This document shows positions 12,577 through 24,358 of a stretch of DNA of 64,000 nt, one piece after another. The notes beneath the pieces were generated by a model. The model did no database searches, had not been told where the DNA came from, and worked only from the letters and a program-made list of their open reading frames with translations. Numbering within the stretch: the stretch's first letter is position 1; each line of letters opens with the position of its first letter. Origin of the DNA: Squalus acanthias. Its lineage: Eukaryota. The position numbers and the translations under genes are program-made. The stretch is taken from positions 23,622,001 to 23,686,000 of the forward strand of contig CM059441.1 in assembly GCA_030390025.1 (NCBI GenBank), given 5' to 3'.

Positions 12577-13080
12577 GGATCCCGGGCCTTGTGATTCCCT
12601 GATTCCCTGGATCCTGGGCCCTGTGATTCCCTGATTCCCTGGATCCTGGGCCCTGTGATTCCCTGATTCCCTGGATCCCAGGCCTTGTGAGTCCCTGATT
12701 CCCTGGATCCTGGGCCCTGTGATTCCCTGATTCCCTGGCCTTGTGATTATCTGATAATCTGGATCCCAGGCCTTGTGATTACCCGATACCCTGGATCCCG
12801 GGCCCTGTGATTACCTAGATCCCGGGCCTTGAGATTATCCGATACCCTGGATCCTGGGCCCTGTGATTACCCTATACCCTGGATCCCGGGCCTTGTGATT
12901 ACCCGATACCCTTGATCCCGGGCCTTGTGATTACCTGATACCCTGGATCCTGGGCCCTGTGATTACCTGATACCCTGGATCCCGGGCCTTGTGATTACCC
13001 TATACCCTGGATCCCGGGCCTTGTGATTACCCGATACCTTGGATCCTGGGCCCTGTGATTTCCTGATACCCTGGATCCCA
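12577..13080. repeat. Minisatellite, 32-bp unit GGATCC(T/C)GGGCC(C/T)TGTGATT(C/A)CC(T/C)GAT(T/A)CCCT, about 16 copies
   Basis: GGATCC recurs at 12577, 12609, 12641, 12673... with some shortened units. Confidence 0.95.
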
Positions 13081-13178
13081 GACCAGACCAGACCAGAAGA
13101 AGGTAGCACTTTGGAGGGTGGGGGGCATAGGTTCTGTAGAGCCTGGAGAAGGACCCACAAAAATAAACACAATCTTAC

Positions 13179-13255
13179 CTGTTGACACCTCTTCAGATAG
13201 ACCGCCAGCTGATACTGAACGGACTCTGCGCAGCTCATGGTCACATAATACTGTT
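13179..13255 (-). CDS. Candidate isolated internal exon (72 or 77 nt), e.g. (E/K/Q)QYYVTMSCAESVQYQLAVYLKRCQQ; gene not recognised
   Basis: Minus-strand acceptor CCATTTTAG (or AACAG) and strong donor CAG|GTAAGA; open frame in non-repetitive sequence. Confidence 0.35.
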
Positions 13256-13767
13256 CTAAAATGGTGAATGGAGTTGTTATATGTTATAGGACCCTGATAA
13301 TAATTTCAATGGGCCTCCCGCCTGACTCAGGCGAGTAATCTGGCCACCCAGGGATAGGTCCCGGGGGAAAATTACAGCAAGAACAGGACGGAAAGTCATT
13401 CTCCACTATTTTAGGGGCGTTAATGCCCCATTCACGCCTGGCCGGTGACCTCAAAATCTTACCGTGTGTTTTAGATAGAAATGGGAATGTGGCTGATGTT
13501 ATGGTCTGTGTCTTTATGGCCTGTCTGAGTCAGTTAGTGCCGATCAGTGTTGAATTACAGGCAATTTGTTCTGTGGACTTGTGCTTATGAGGAACTTGGG
13601 TTGAGATTGAGTCCAAAGGTCACTTAGCTTCAGAGTTTTACAGCCAGTGAAAAACTAAAGGCTCTCATCCCATTAGTTTGAGCTGAACTCAAACCTCAGA
13701 TCCAAAGATCAAAGAGCCAGCCTATCACCTGAATTCATCACCCGCTGTCTCTGAAGCATCTGTTTCC

Positions 13768-14140
13768 TCCACCGTGGCTGCAGTGTGTACCGTCTACAAG
13801 ATGCACTGCAGCAATTCGCCAAGGCTTCTTCGGCAGCACCTCCCAAACCCGTGACCTCTTCCACCTAGAAGGACAAGGGCAGCAGGCGCATGGGAACACC
13901 ACCACCTCCAAGTTCCCCCTCCAAGTCACACACTATCCTGACTTGGAAATATATCGGCCGTTCCTTCATCGTCGCTGGGTCAAAAACCTGGAACTCCCTC
14001 TCTAACAGCACTGTGGGAGTACCTTCACCACCCGGACTGCAGTGGTTCAAGAAGGCGGCTCACCACCACCTTCTCAAGGGATGGGCAATAAATGCTGGCT
14101 TTGCCAGTGATGCCCACATCCCATGAATGAATTAAAAAAA
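13768..14140 (+). mobile_element. CR1-group LINE family B 3' end
   Basis: Near-identical to 54975-55357. Confidence 0.85.
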
Positions 14141-14957
14141 CCTCTGATTCTTACAAGATGTAAACGCTGCCCGTTAGAAGCCACATCAGAATAAATTTTC
14201 AGTACACTCCGAAGAAACGCAGACATTTCTGATAAAGTTTAGCTTTGAAATGGCGCTGCAGATCTCGAACTGTAGAAATAATTTTCTGGAAGTCAATAGG
14301 GATAAAATTGCCCGCGGCTCCAAAGCATCCTTTCTAACAAAGGAGCCCCAAGGAGAGTCCCAAAGACTCGAGCTGCATTGGACCTGATAACCTTTAGAAT
14401 ACAGGCAACCAAAAAAAAACACAAACGGAAGAGCAATTTAATTGATGAGACTCTGAGAAATGTATTGGGCTTCCATCAGCAACAGTCCCAGTAAGGAGCA
14501 GAGAGATAAATCGTTCTCCCGAACAGCTTTCTCTCTCCGCTTGCAGTTCTATACCCTGTTGGTTTTGCCATCTATCTAACAGCCCCGGAGCCATCTGATG
14601 AATGACGGCAGCTCTGTGCTGGCTTTACCGCAGTTAAGTGCCTGTCATTTAACATTGCATTGCAAATGCCCAGTTGATGCAGACCACAGGTGAGGGGTAA
14701 GTGGGAGCAGTTTATTTGTGAGCTAATTAAACACACTTCTGCAAAGGTACGTAGAATCTCACGCCATCCATAACGCTATTCAGCTCTTGTTGTTTCTGCT
14801 GCCCTACAGCATGATAGTTACCTGCATGTGAATTATATCTTTAACAGTGACTGCCTTGTGCAATGTGGTTCAAACAGTTTCTCTAACATGATACCAAGAG
14901 CCACAGAAAAAAGGGATCTCACCCCTGCGGCACTCTAGCCACTGATTCAACCGTGTT

Positions 14958-16368
14958 TGGTACGGTAGCATAGTGATTATGTTACTGGACTAGTTAATCC
15001 AGTAAGCCTTCAATTAATAATCATGCAGTTCAAATCCCACCGATGGCTGTTGGGGAATTTAAATTCAGCTAATAAAATAAATCTGGACTTAAAAAAGCTA
15101 GTATCAGTGATGATGAAATTACCGTATTCTTGTGAAAACACAACTTGCTCACTAATGTCCTTTAGGGAAGGAAATCTGCCGTCCTTACCCGGTCTGGCCT
15201 ATATGTGACTCCAGACCCACAGCAATGTGGTTAGACTCTTAACTAACTGCCCTCTGTAATGGCCCAGCAAGCAACTCAGTCGTATCAATAATCGTTACAA
15301 AAAACTATCCACACAGATTGCAGCGGGATTACATAGGATATACGGCACAGAAACAGGCCATTCGGCCCAAACAGTCCATGCCGGTGTTTATGCTCCACTC
15401 GAGCCTCCTCCCGTCTTTCCTCATCTAAATCTATCAGCATAACCCTCTATTCCCTTCTCCCTCATATGCTTGTCCAGCCTCCCCTTAAATGCATCTATAC
15501 TATTCGCTTCAACCACTCCCTGTGGTAGCGAGTTCCACATTCTCACCACTCTCTGGGTAAAGAAGTTTCTTCTGAATTCCCTATTGGATTTCTTGGTGAC
15601 TATCTTATATTGATGGCCTCTAGTTATGCTCTTCCCCACAAGTGGAAACATTCTCTCTGTATCCACTCTATCAAAACCTTTCATAATTTTATAGACCTCT
15701 ATTAGGTCACCCCTCAGCTTTCATTTTTCAAGAGAAAAGAGACCCAGCCTGTTCATCCTTTCCTGATATGTATACCCTCGCATTTCTGGTATCATCCTTG
15801 TAAATCTTCTCTGCACCCTCTCCAGTGCCTCTATATCCTTTTTATAATATGGCGACCAGAACTGTACGCAGTACTCTAAGTGTGATCTAACCAAGGTACG
15901 ATACAGGTTCAGCATAACTTCCCTACTTTTCAATTCTATCTCTCTAGAAATAAACTGCTTGGTTTGCTTTTTTTTTAATGGCCTTGCTAACCTGTGGCGC
16001 AACTTTTAGTGATTTGTGTATTTGTACTCCAAGATCCCTTTGTTCCTCTACCCCACCTAGACTCGCACCCTCCAAGTGATAAGTGACCTCCCTATTCTTC
16101 CTACCAAAATGTAATACCTCACATTTGTCTGTGTTGAACTTCATTTGCCTATTATTTGCCCATTCTGCAAGTTTATTAATGTCCTCCTGTAATTTGTTGC
16201 AGTCCTCTTCAGTATTGAATATCCCCCACAATTTGGTATCATCCGCAAATTTAGAAATTGTGTTTCAAGAAGGCGGCTCACCACTACATTTTCAAGGGCA
16301 GTTGGGGATGGGCAATAAATGCCGGCCTTGCCAGCGACGCTCACATCCCGTGAATAAATTAAAAAAAA
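14958..16368 (+). mobile_element. SINE family 2 (MetaSINE-like, tentative), split by a CR1 insertion (parts 14958-15327 and 16263-16368)
   Basis: tRNA-like head GGTAGCATAGTG...GTTCAAATCC; core TAATGTCCTTTAGGGAAGGAAATCTGCCGTCCTTACC; the LINE-B tail resumes after the CR1. Confidence 0.7.
15328..16262 (-). mobile_element. CR1 LINE 3' fragment (RT C-terminus)
   Basis: FADD-like region, LEYCVQFWSP and NFFTQRVVRMWNSLP; nearly identical to 36790-37180. Confidence 0.9.
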
Positions 16369-16482
16369 GTTTGTGACTTAACGGGGGGAGAATATTTTAA
16401 CACCAGGCACCAATGCTTCATGAAGTTGCACTTGTTTTATTATGCTATGTGTAAGATGCTTCTCTCACCTCTAGCCTCCTAC

Positions 16483-16925
16483 GGTGTCAGCAGTGATTAA
16501 ATGGTAGCACCCTTGTCTATGAGTCAGAAGGTTGTGGGTTCAAGTCCCACTCTAGAGTGCAAAATCTAGGCAGTGCTGAGGGAGTGCTGCACTGTCGGAG
16601 GTGCAGTCTTTCAGATGAGACGTTAAACCAAGGCCCCGTCTGCTCTCTCAGGTGGACATAAAAGATCCCATGGCACTATTTCGAAGAAGATCAGGGGAGT
16701 TCTCCCCGGAGTCCTGGCCAATATTTATCCCCCAACCAACTCCTAAAATAGATTATCTGATCATTTATCTCACTGCTATTTGTGGGAGCTTGCTGTGAGC
16801 AAATTGGCTGCTGCGTTTCCTACATTACAACAGTGGCTATATTTCAAAAGTACTTCATTGGCCGTAAAGCGCATCGGGGCATCCTGAGGTTGTGAAAGGC
16901 GCTATAATAACTTAAGTCCTTTTTC
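16483..16925 (+). mobile_element. DeuSINE, near full length
   Basis: B box GGTTCAAGTCCC, Deu core and tail. Confidence 0.85.
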
Positions 16926-17717
16926 CATTTCTTTTTTAACTGTACTTTATAGAACCTGCCTGATTTCCAGTCCATTGAAATCAATGAATGAAGTCAGGCG
17001 GGTTCCATAAAAGGGTTGTCAATCTGCTCCGCTAGATTACTGCCCAGGCAGTGAAGATGAAAATCTATCTCAATGACTTTCAGCACCAGGGATTTTTTTT
17101 TATCAGTCACTACAATATCTAGATTAAAGTTTCACACTTTGACATAAAACAGTTTTCAGTGTTATCATATTATCAGATCATTGTCCTGGTGAAAACATTC
17201 CCCATATTTTACACTCCCCCACACAGCATTCTCTTATTCTACACTGAATTTTATTATGTATTCATGTTATATTATTCAGAATTGCCTAATATCCTTGGGG
17301 AATGGTGTTGGTAAGTATACATTACGGAGGTGTAGCATAGCTAAGTTCAAAATATCGATCCCATTGGTAAGTGCAGCTTGATTTACATAGCACTTGCTCC
17401 TGTGCCTACGTGTGATAGAGCGGGCTGCTTGTATACAAAAAGCACTATCTGGTTTTTAATCTGGATTATAGCAGATACCCCCAATGCCCTGGTCTGCGAC
17501 ACTGACTGGGCACTCACCTCAGCTCAGAAGAGAGCCTCTAGTAACCCAGTCCTAGACACAGGGAGATTCTTTCCTTATCATCATTTAGATGCTTCTGTCG
17601 ACTTACTGCGGAGAGAGTGAATGAGATATGCAGAAACTGACATGGATTGCCCATACAAGGCTTTGGCCCACTTAATTTTGGGGTTTCACAGTTCAAGTGC
17701 ATGTCTATGGAATCAAG

Positions 17718-17894
17718 TATGTGGTTCTCTCTAAGCTGCCCGCGTGCGCGGCCGCGCAGTAATCTGCAAAGGCCCCGCGCAGGCCGCTCACAAACTGTTC
17801 CATTTGAAACACCGCACACACGCAGAAATTTAAAGGGCCCGCGCATTGAAGTAAACAGGCCGCGCAGGACAAATGCAGTTTAGAGGGAACATTG
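17718..17894. mobile_element. Small hAT-like MITE (CAATGTTCCCTCTAA-type ends)
   Basis: Right end TTAGAGGGAACATTG, degenerate left end, CGCG-rich body related to 19387-19498. Confidence 0.55.
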
Positions 17895-17986
17895 GTGCTA
17901 AGTCAATGCTTGTGTCACAGGGCGTCAGAAGTTAAAATGGACTGAGACTCACTGAGCACTGAAATAGCCTGATCTGTACTAACCAG

Positions 17987-18334
17987 AAGTCGCACAACAC
18001 CAGGTTATAGTCCAACAGATTTATTTAATTTTACAAGCTTTCGGAGCTGTTCGCTCCTTCTTCAGGTAAGGTAGCTGTGAGAGAATCTCCCAGAATTCAC
18101 AATATAAACACAGAAAAAATCTATTCAAATCTTTCCCTACATCAAAGACACACTAAGAGCACAGCCAAGACAATGAGATGTGTCCCAGGGGGTCCAACGT
18201 GTCAAAACACCTGCTGGCTGCATATCCTCTCCATTAGTCTTTTTAAAACAAAACCTGGAAAGACCGGCCATGATGTCAAGTCACGTTCTGTATCGTGACA
18301 TGAACCCCAGTCCAACGCCGGCATCTCCACATCA
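17987..18334. mobile_element. Penelope-like (PLE) non-autonomous fragment with inverted pLTR
   Basis: 12-bp TSD TGTACTAACCAG (17975-17986, 18335-18346); pLTR-type motifs ACAACACCAGGTTATAGTCCAACAG and CCCCAGTCCAACGCCGGCATCTCCACATC. Confidence 0.75.
18035..18066 (-). ncRNA. Minimal hammerhead ribozyme motif (PLE type)
   Basis: Minus strand reads CUGAAGA-A-GGAGC-GAACA-GCUCC-GAAA-GCUU: core boxes, 5-bp stem II and AAGCUU palindrome. Confidence 0.65.
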
Positions 18335-18346
18335 TGTACTAACCAG

Positions 18347-18478
18347 GTTCAGGGTTAATGGTTAGGGCTAGTGGTTAGGAGCTGGGGTTATGGCTAGGAG
18401 TTAAAGTTTAGGGTTAGGGGTTTGGGATAAGGGTAAGCCTTCGCGTATTAAGGTTGGGGCTGGGGATTAGGGTTAGAA
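18347..18478 (+). repeat. Degenerate (TTAGGG)-like repeat
   Basis: GGTTAGGG, TTTAGGGTTAGGGG and ATTAGGGTTAG variants. Confidence 0.55.
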
Positions 18479-18569
18479 GCTACTTATTTTTTCACTATTG
18501 TTGACAACTCGTCCAAACCGACCAATCTTGTTGCCCCCAGGACCAGTGAACTGCCTCTGGGTCCACAAC

Positions 18570-19013
18570 AAGCAGCCCGCTTGATTGACACCCCATCTAC
18601 CACCTTAAACATTCACTCCCTCCACCACCGGCGCACCGTGGCTGCAGTGTGTACCATCGACAAGATGCACTGCAGCAACTCGCCAAGGCTTCTTCGGCAG
18701 CACCTCCCAAACCCGCGACCTCTTCCACCTAGAAGGACAAGGTCAGCAGGAGCATGGGAACACCATCAACACCAAGTTCTCCTCCAAGTCACACACCATC
18801 CTGACTTAGAAGTATGTCGCCGATCTTTCATCGTTGCTGGGTCAAAATCCTGGAACTCCCTCCCTAACAGCACTGTGGGAGTACCTTCACCACACGGACT
18901 GCAGCGGTTCAAGGCGGCGGCTCACCACCACCTTCTCAAGGGCAATTAGGGACGGGCAATAAGTGCCGGCCTTGCCAGCAACGCCCACATCCCATAAATT
19001 AATTTAAAAAAAA
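18570..19013 (+). mobile_element. CR1-group LINE family B 3' end
   Basis: ORF 18581-18949 (LNIHSLHHRRTVAAVC...WNSLP) and family-B tail. Confidence 0.85.
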
Positions 19014-19129
19014 CCTGGCACCTCCAGATCGCCGGTAATAAGCAAATGAGGCCAATTCAGGCGTAAACCAAATTCTGGGCCCAAGGTGGAAGGACTGTTT
19101 TTACGCTGTGACGTTTCTATGAATCTAGC

Positions 19130-19720
19130 TGTCTGATTCCTGGGATGGGGGGATTGTCCTATGAGGAGAGATAAAGTAGGCTAGGCCTGTATTCCCTAGA
19201 GTTTGGAAGAATAAGAGGTGATTTCATTGAAACATATAAAATTCTTAAGGGGTTTGACAGGGTAGATGCAGGGAGGATGTTTCCCCTGGTTGGGGAGTCT
19301 AGAACCAGGGGTCACAGTCTCAAAATAAGGGGTGGGCCATTTAAGACTGAGACGAGGAGAAATTTCTTCACTCAGAGGGTGGTGAACAATGTTTGCTCTA
19401 ACTTTCTTTGGGTGCGCGGCCCCTTCAAGCTTCCGGGCATGCGCGGTTTTTCCATTGAGAAACTGGCAAGCAGCCTGCGCGGCTAACCGGGAACATTGGT
19501 TATGAAGCTTTGGAATTCTCTACCCCAGAGGGCTGCGGATGCTCAGTCGTTGAGTATATTCAAGGCAGAGATCGATAGACTTTTGGACTCTAGGGGAATC
19601 AAGGGATATGGAGACCGGGTGGGAAAGTGGAGTTGAGGTAGAAGATCAGCCATGATCTTATTGAATGGCGGAGCAGGCGCGAGGGGCCGTATGTCCGACT
19701 CCTGCGCCTTATGTTCTTGA
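19130..19720 (+). mobile_element. CR1 LINE 3' fragment interrupted by a hAT MITE
   Basis: LSYEER...RGDFIETYKIL...FFTQRVV motifs. Confidence 0.85.
19387..19498. mobile_element. 112-bp hAT-like MITE
   Basis: Ends CAATGTT...AACATTG; 8-bp flanks GTGGTGAA / GTTATGAA; cleanly interrupts the CR1. Confidence 0.7.
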
Positions 19721-20977
19721 CTGTTCCCTTCAACGACCTTCTCTGATAACTTGTTTCACAAGTTCTATTACCATTATTGGGGGGCGTTGGGGTTGGGGGG
19801 GGAAATGTTCCAATGATTCCCCTTCTTCCTTCTAACTTCCTAATTTTTAACCTTTGCCTTCTAATTTTGAATCCTGCACCATTTGAACTATGTGTCATGG
19901 CTCAATATTCAGCACAAAAAGTGTCAAACCTTTTTTCAGCAAGGTGCACCTTTAATTAATAATAAGGCAATGGCTTCAGTAGAGCAGCAAGTGCCTGCAG
20001 TGATAAGGGAGCTCGTACACAGCAGATGAATGAGTCACCTCGAGTAACGTTTCTTTGCCTTTTTCACTATTGATAAACCAAAGCTCTTGCTTCAGTTTCC
20101 TTTGCCCTACGTCCTATATTTATTTACCTTCTGACTGCTTCACTCTTTTTTTAATGTATTATTTGATGCTGCCTTTCAAAAAGCCGAGTTTGTGTACGGT
20201 TTGGAAAGGTTTTTAAAAGAAGAAGAAAATGTTCTGCGATGTGGGAAATAGTCTCAAAGCTAAAAATCGAGTGCCTTGGACAATGCCAGGCTGCCCTGAG
20301 GCAAGGCTCATTGGACACACTCGGAATACTAATCTCTATTTTCCAAGCACTTTCCTTGTCAGCTCTTGCGAGCAGTTGTGTGTGGCTTTTTTTCACCAAC
20401 ACAATCAACGTAATTTTATACAAGAAAACCCATTGCTTTCAGGCAATTGGATTTCTAAACGACCGAATGGCACTTTTTAGTATTTCCTCTGCGCGCTTTT
20501 GAAAAAAGCTGCTATTTTGTCTTTCCTCTTTCATCGCTCCTCCCTTTTTTTTCTCTTTTTCTTTTCCCTTTTTAAATACTTGTCACTTTCTTTCCCCCCC
20601 CCCCCACCACGCAACGACATTTATCGCTGGGGCTTGATTCAGCTGCACACAAAAAACTGATCGCTTGATTAAAATTTAAAAAAAACCACGAGACTCCCAG
20701 AGTGTAAGTGGTTTGGGCGGGTGTGGGGGGGAGCGGTTTAAGGTTAAATTGTATGCAACAAGCCTTTTGTAATCAAGCTTTTGATTGCTGCTGTGAAATT
20801 CTATTCAGCCGTGTGAGAGAGGGACACTTTCTCGTGAAGCCCACAGAACGGAATTGTGAGCCTGGAGAACTCGCAGCTCCAGATTTACTTGTAACCAAAG
20901 CTACGGCGGAAGTGTGTCAAAAACCCCCAGTGTAATCAAGATTTAAAATTTACTGGACATGCAATCCGCCCCCTTTT

Positions 20978-21310
20978 CATAGAGGTTTACAGCACAGAAG
21001 GAGGCCATTCGGCCCATCGTGTCTGTGCCGGCCGAAAAAGAGCTCTCCAGCCTAATCCCACTTTCCAGCTCTTGGTCCGTAGCCCTGTAGGTTACGGCAC
21101 TTCGAGTGCATATCCAAGTACTTTTTAAATGCGGTGAGGGTCTCTGCCTCTACCACCCCTTCAGGCAGGGAGTTCCAGACCCCCACCACCCTCTGGGTGA
21201 AAAAAGTTCTCCTGCACTCCCCTCTAATCCTTCTACCAATTACTTTAAATCTATGCCCCCTGGTTATTGACCCCTCTGCTAAGGGAAGTAGGTCCTTCCT
21301 ATCCACTCTC
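20978..21310 (-). mobile_element. CR1 LINE 3' end
   Basis: ORF 21052-21306, TRGHRFK...FFTQRVVGVWNSLP. Confidence 0.85.
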
Positions 21311-21864
21311 TAGCTCTCATTCAGCATCATTAGGGATGCTGCTGGCATCTTAATGCTGTTCCAGATGTAGTACAATCGCTGAATAATGTTGCCCATCTCT
21401 ACATGAGATAGGAGAATTGCGACAGATTCTGAGGAGCCTTTTGTGGGGTTTCTCCTCCACCCCAAAAGAAACCCTATTGATTTTCTAATGGTTACAGGGA
21501 GGGTTTACAGTGGCCAAGTGTACATTATCTGTCCACTTTTCTTAAAGTGGATATCATTCGCCTTCACGTTATGTATATATATAATGCCGGCAGACTGACA
21601 CCGAGTCAGTTTAAAGTCTGACGCTCCCACCGAGAATATTGCAAGCGCCAACCCGTCCTAGACTGAGAAATCGAAGTAAAAGGTTGGAGGAATCTGTGGT
21701 TGGAAGGCTACTGTCTCTGCAGTTGGCAGGGGCCACAACATTAGCGCAGTACCTGTGGTCCCTTTCATTGCAGGCGTTAGAGCTGATGATACCCACCTCG
21801 TTTTGAAAGAAAATTAATCTCAAACCTGATCCGAATTGCAAAAGTTTGAGCAATTGTGTCTGAC

Positions 21865-22270
21865 TAGGCTTGTTTGTATCCCCTCGAGTGTAGAGGATTA
21901 CGGGGTGATCTGCTTTGAGGTGTTTAATGATGATTAAAGGATTTGATAAGTTAGATGGAGAGAAACCATTTCCTCTGGTGAGGGGAGTCCAGCACAAGGG
22001 GGCGTAACCTTAACATTAGAGCCGTTCAGGGGTGATGTCAGGAAGCACTTCTTCACACAAAGGGTAGTGGAAATCTGGAACGCCCTCCCCCAAAACGCTG
22101 TAAGGCTGGGGGGTCAATTGAAAAATTCTAAACCTAGATTGTTAGATTTTTATTGGGTCAGGGTTATGGAGCCAAGATGGGTAGATGGAGTTAAGACACA
22201 GATCAGCCATGATCTAATTGAATGGTGGAACATTCAAGGGGCTGAATGGCCTCCTCCTGTTCCTATGTTC
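21865..22270 (+). mobile_element. CR1 LINE 3' end
   Basis: RGDLLEVF...HFFTQRVVEIWNALP and CR1 tail. Confidence 0.8.
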
Positions 22271-22502
22271 CAGTTATTATGCCGAGATTTAAAAAACAAA
22301 CAGCAAATGCTGGAAATTGACTGCGTCGGAGAGAGGGATAGATTAATGTTCGTCCAAAATCTTTCACGTGTTGTGCATTTCCAACATTTTCTAATGATAC
22401 AGCACAGAAGGAGGCCATTCGTCCCATTCTGCCTGTGCCGGCTCTTTGAAAGAGTTATCCAGTTAGTCCCACTCCCCCCTGCTCTTTCCCCACTGACCCC
22501 TG

Positions 22503-22840
22503 CTCTTTCAGATGAGACGTTAAACTGAGGCCCCCATCTGCCCCCTCAGGTGACGTAAAAGATCCCGTGGCACTATTTCGAAGAAGAGCAGGGGAGTTCT
22601 CCCCGGTGTCCTGGGCCAATATTTATCCCTCAACCAACATAACAAAAATAGATTATCTGGTCATTATCACATTGCTGTTTGTGGGAGCTTGCTGTGTGCG
22701 AATTGGCTGCCGTGTTTCCTACATTACAACAGTGACTACACTTCAAAAGAACTTCATTGGCTGTAAAGCACTTTGAGATGTCCAGTGGTTGTGAAAGGTG
22801 CTATATAAATGCAAGTCTGTCTTTCTTTCTTTCTTCTTTC
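22503..22840 (+). mobile_element. DeuSINE fragment nested in a minus-strand CR1 tail (22395-23000)
   Basis: Deu core and tail; CR1 sequence continues on both sides. Confidence 0.75.
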
Positions 22841-23084
22841 ATACTCCTGCAGGTTTTTTTCCCTTCAAGTATATATATCCAATTCCCTTTTATTATTGCT
22901 TCCACCGCCCTTTCAGGCTTTGCATTCCAGATCACAGCAAGTCGCCGCTTAAAATTTTTTTTCATGTCGCCTCTCATTCTTTTGCCAATTACCTTAAACA
23001 TTGCGACATGAGGAAAAATTTATATTGCAGCATTATATATTTAATGTACAGCTATCACACGCTCTGTATGCAGAGCGACTGATA

Positions 23085-23553
23085 TAAAAAGAAAGACTTG
23101 CATTTATATAGCGCCTTTCACGACTACCAGACGTCTCAAAGCGCTTTACAGCCAATGAAGTACTTTTGGAGTGTAGTCCCTGTTGTAATGTGGGAAAAGC
23201 GGCAGCCAATTTGCACTCAGCAAGCTCCCACAAACAGCAATGAGATAATGACCAGATAATCTGTTTTTGTTATGTCGATTGAGGGATAAATATTGGCCAG
23301 GACACCGGGGAAAACTCTCCTGCTCTTCTTCGAAATAGTGCCGTAGAATCTTTTACATCCACCTTAGGGGGCAGACGGGGCCTCAGTTTAACGTCTCATC
23401 CGAAAGACGGCACCTCCGACAGAGCAGCGCTCCCTCAGCACTGCACTGGAGTGTCAGACCTAGATTTTTGTGCTCAAGTTCCATGGAGTGGGACTTGAAC
23501 CCACAACCTTCTGATTCAAAGGCAAGTGTGCTACCCACTGAGCCACAGCTGAT
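23085..23553 (-). mobile_element. Full-length DeuSINE
   Basis: Reverse complement of 5397-5868 including the tRNA head. Confidence 0.85.
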
Positions 23554-23931
23554 ATATCACACATTGGAGTCGAGTACCACGTTGATGGGAGTGTTGCACC
23601 GTGATAAGCCACAGTTTCCTTCAAAGAAAGGTGGTTTCTGTCTTGCATCGGTTCAGGGTTTGCAATGTAATTCAGGGGTGAAGTCACCTACATCACGTTT
23701 AGGCAGCTGGCAGGAGATTACCTCCATTTTATACTGCTTTGTGTTTCATACCTCCAACCGGTGCTGAGAGAGGTTTAATGATTCAGTTGTGTCACCGGTT
23801 GCACTTTTGCCCTCTCTTGCCTTCGCTAACTGCTAATTACTCATGCTCTGCATTCTAAGCATCAGGTTTGATCTTAATGTGCAAATCTACCTTAATAGTG
23901 GTAGAGGGCCTTGTGGTCCCTGGTTTACATC

Positions 23932-24358
23932 TGTCAGCCGTGGTTCAATGGGTAGCACTCTCGCCTCCTTGACAGAAATTTGTGAGTTCAAGTCCCACTC
24001 CAGTGACTTGAGCATATAATCTAGGCTGACGCTCCCAGTGCAGTACTGAGGGAGTGCTGCACTGTCGGAGGTGCCGTCTTTCAGATGAGACATTAAAACT
24101 GAGGCCCCGTCTGCTCTCTCAGGTGGATGTAAATGATCCCAATCAACTATTAGAAGAGTTCTCCCAAGTGTCCTGGTTAACAACAGTTATCCCTAAAACA
24201 GATTATCTGGTCGTCACATTGCTGTTTGTGGGACCTTGCTGTGCGCCAATTGGCTGCCATGTTTCCTGACAGCACAGCAAACACTACACTTCAAAAAGCA
24301 TTGACTGTAAAGTGCTTTGGGATGACCTGAGGTTGTGAGAGACACTATGTAAATGCAT
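23932..24358 (+). mobile_element. DeuSINE, near full length
   Basis: Head TGTCAGCCGTGGTTCAATGG, B box and Deu core. Confidence 0.8.

Noticed and set aside
12577-13080. CRISPR-like array of about 32-bp repeats
   Set aside because: Head-to-tail tandem units with no unique spacers and no cas genes; eukaryotic context
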